From a candidate division WOR-3 bacterium (GTDB taxonomy: Bacteria > Hydrothermota > Tepidihabitantia > Tepidihabitantales > Tepidihabitantaceae), in contig CBFGJX010000021.1 of assembly GCA_965649225.1 (NCBI GenBank), positions 1 to 46,368 of the forward strand: a DNA stretch of 46,368 nucleotides. The letters are read 5' to 3'. Below, in pieces: positions 43,927 to 46,368 of the stretch. Within the stretch, counting starts at the first letter, position 1. Every line of letters begins with the position of its first letter. Made by a program: the position numbers and the translations under genes. Under the pieces are notes generated by a model. The model was not told where the DNA came from. It ran no database searches and was given only the letters and a program-made list of their open reading frames with translations.

Positions 43927-46368
43927 ATGCCAAAGTCCGCGACGATGCTCGCTCTGCTTCTGCTGGCGGGGTTTGCCCTCGCCCAGCCGATGAGCGGGAC
44001 CTACACGGTGAAAACTGACGGGACGGGCGATTTCTTCAGCCCGTATCACGCCGGGGAAGCGCTCCGCACCCGCGGCGTGGTTGGCCCGGTCACCTTCGAC
44101 ATTTATCCGGGCACTTATGTGCTGGGAGCCTATATCTTCCTGTACCAGGTGCCGGGCTCGGACACCTGTCCAATCACGTTTCGCGCCGCCACCGGCGGCA
44201 GCGTGGTTCTGCAGAACCCGTCCTCTCACGTCTTCTACGGCTACAACACCAACAACGTCCGGATTGAAAACCTGACCCTGATCGCCAGCAGCTACGCCAT
44301 TTACCTGAACGGCTGCGACCGCTGGCAGGTCCGGGGCAATGTCATCCGCAGCAACAGTTATTCAATCCACCTCGCGTGTATCAGCGGCACTCCCGAAAAC
44401 ACCTGCGATTACAACCTGTTTGAACGCAACGACATGCGCACGACCGGCAACTACGCCGTTTACTTCGGCAGCACCTCCGGCGCCCGACACAACAACAATC
44501 GCTTCATCAACAACCTGATTTACGGCTGGACCGCCTACGGCATCTATTCCCAGTACAACTCCAACACCGCCTGGTATTACAACACCGTGCTTGGCACCGG
44601 CTCCTACGCCTACTATGCTTACACTGTCGTCGGCGATACCTTGGTCAACAACATTTTCTCGGGCACGGCCCCGATGTATCGCACCTCCGGCTCCTCCAAC
44701 TTCCCGGCCGCGTCGAACTACAACTGCTGGTATGCGTACAGCGGCTCGACGACGCCGTTCTACAACCCGACCTACGGCTGGCAGACCCTTGCCCAGTGGC
44801 AGACCAACTCCGGCGGGCTGGACATGAACTCGATGACCTCCAACCCGCTGACCGGCGGCGTCAACAACCCGCACCTGCAGGCCGGCTCGCCCTGCATCAA
44901 CGCCGGCACGACCATCAGCGGTATCACCACCGACATTGACGGCGACACCCGGCCCACCGGCTCGGCCCCGGACATCGGCGCCGACGAGTTCACCTCGGTC
45001 GGCTCACCGATGAGCGGCGTCTACACCATCAAGCAGGACGGCACCGGCGACTTCCGCTCCTTCCCCGAGGCCTTCGGTGCCTTGCAGTTGCGCGGCTACG
45101 GCGGCAACGTCCAGTTCGATGTCTATAACGGCACCTACGCCGGCATTCCGGGTTCTTCGGCCGCCTTCAACTTCGAAGGCATCGGCAACGGGCCCTACTG
45201 GCTGACGGTCCGCGGCTATCCGGGCCAGACCGTCAACCTGCCCTGCCAGGGCTTCTCCTACGGCATCCGGCTCTACAACAACCAGCGCATCCGGCTGGAA
45301 AACCTCAAAATCTACGGCGCCTCCTCCTACGGCGTCTATGCCACCTCGGCCTCGTCCTCGACCAACACCACCGACACCTGTGTCGTGCGCGGCAACACCA
45401 TCACCGCGCCGCACCCAATCTACTGGCTCTACGGTGACGACGACTCAATCATCGGCAACTTCCTCAACGCCACCTCCTCCTACGGCATCTACCTCAACGG
45501 CTACTCCGGCTCACCCTACAGCCAGCGCAATGTCATCGCCAACAACATGGTACAGGGCTGGACCTCCTACGGCCTCTACATGTACTACCAGAACGGCCCG
45601 AAGATCATCAACAACAGTTTCCTTGGTACCGGCAGCTACGCCGTTTACGACTACTACTCGCGCGGGCTTGCGGCCGGGATGACCAACCCCTACGTCGTCA
45701 AGAACAACATCTTTGTCGGTAACAGCTACGCCTACTACTGGTATTACCCCCAGGGCTCGAGCACCGGCTCGCCCGACTCCTCGGATTACAACGACTTCCG
45801 CACGATTTCCGGCAGCAGCACCCCAATCTACACTGCCGGCTGGGGCACAATCTCGGTTCCGAACTGGACCTCCTACACCGCCCGCGACTCGCACTCACTC
45901 AACGTCGACCCGCTGTTTGTCAGCACGACCGACCTCCACCTGCAGGCAACCTCGCCCTGCAAGGATACCGGCACGGTCGTGAGCGGCTTCGCCTATGACA
46001 TCGACGGCGACGTCCGGCCGATCGGCCCCCGCGCCGATATCGGTGCCGACGAGTACTACGTTGACCTCGGCGTCACCGCCATCCTCGCTCCGGCCGGCGG
46101 TGTGCCGGTGGGTGCCACCATCACCCCGCAGGTCGTGCTGCGCCACTTCGGTGGCCCGGCCGGCAACAACTGGGTCAAGATGGTCATCACCCGCGGCGGC
46201 ACGCCGGTCTACACCGACTCGGCGATGCGGGCAACCAGTCCGGGTGACTCGGTGGTTGTCAGCCTGCCCAACTGGCTGGCCGGCCCGATTGGCTCCAACT
46301 ACGCGGTAATGGCCTGGCACAAGCAGAAGCCCGATGCCGTGCCGTCCAACGACTCCCTCGGCCAGACC
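43927..46368 (+). CDS. Large secreted protein with tandem right-handed beta-helix modules and a CARDB-like domain (runs off window)
   Basis: Not in ORF track (no stop). GAGGAGG RBS, then MPKSATMLALLLLAGFALAQPMSGTYTVKTDGTGDF...; Asn/Tyr-rich 'NNLIYG..YGIY' coils; two modules ending 'HLQ..SPC...G......DIDGD.RP......DIGADE'; then 'DLGVTAILAPAG'. Confidence 0.85.
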   Translation, partial: MPKSATMLALLLLAGFALAQPMSGTYTVKTDGTGDFFSPYHAGEALRTRGVVGPVTFDIYPGTYVLGAYIFLYQVPGSDTCPITFRAATGGSVVLQNPSSHVFYGYNTNNVRIENLTLIASSYAIYLNGCDRWQVRGNVIRSNSYSIHLACISGTPENTCDYNLFERNDMRTTGNYAVYFGSTSGARHNNNRFINNLIYGWTAYGIYSQYNSNTAWYYNTVLGTGSYAYYAYTVVGDTLVNNIFSGTAPMYRTSGSSNFPAASNYNCWYAYSGSTTPFYNPTYGWQTLAQWQTNSGGLDMNSMTSNPLTGGVNNPHLQAGSPCINAGTTISGITTDIDGDTRPTGSAPDIGADEFTSVGSPMSGVYTIKQDGTGDFRSFPEAFGALQLRGYGGNVQFDVYNGTYAGIPGSSAAFNFEGIGNGPYWLTVRGYPGQTVNLPCQGFSYGIRLYNNQRIRLENLKIYGASSYGVYATSASSSTNTTDTCVVRGNTITAPHPIYWLYGDDDSIIGNFLNATSSYGIYLNGYSGSPYSQRNVIANNMVQGWTSYGLYMYYQNGPKIINNSFLGTGSYAVYDYYSRGLAAGMTNPYVVKNNIFVGNSYAYYWYYPQGSSTGSPDSSDYNDFRTISGSSTPIYTAGWGTISVPNWTSYTARDSHSLNVDPLFVSTTDLHLQATSPCKDTGTVVSGFAYDIDGDVRPIGPRADIGADEYYVDLGVTAILAPAGGVPVGATITPQVVLRHFGGPAGNNWVKMVITRGGTPVYTDSAMRATSPGDSVVVSLPNWLAGPIGSNYAVMAWHKQKPDAVPSNDSLGQT

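Overview
High-GC bacterial chromosomal segment with about 34 protein genes and one tRNA(CAT). No integrase, transposase, CRISPR array or rRNA is visible. Several secreted repeat proteins end in a short 'DxxGRxV...LxxGxY' T9SS/FlgD-like C-terminal domain, a style that suggests a candidate-phylum WOR-3-like or related diderm organism (inference). Housekeeping content includes a DUF362-TldD-PmbA operon, two histidine kinases, three tandem SurA/PpiC foldases, a heterodimeric ABC exporter, a Zn/Mn ABC importer, ppdK-pckA, a spermidine-synthase-like membrane protein, an SLBB export protein, and ilvE-rpiB. The best finding is a secreted FG-GAP repeat gene (13405..12245, minus strand) that the ORF track splits in two. 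It carries an in-frame UGA followed by a Cys codon (PYG-U-C-VGSSP) and directly by a bacterial SECIS-like hairpin, making it a candidate exported beta-propeller selenoprotein with a vicinal Sec-Cys motif. Other observations are: apparently frequent leaderless sigma70 transcripts; a dispersed 7-bp tandem repeat family, one array of which lies in frame within a coding sequence; an in-frame ABC ATPase/permease deletion chimera; and a secreted tandem SagB/nitroreductase-fold protein. All calls come from reading the sequence by eye, with no database searches.
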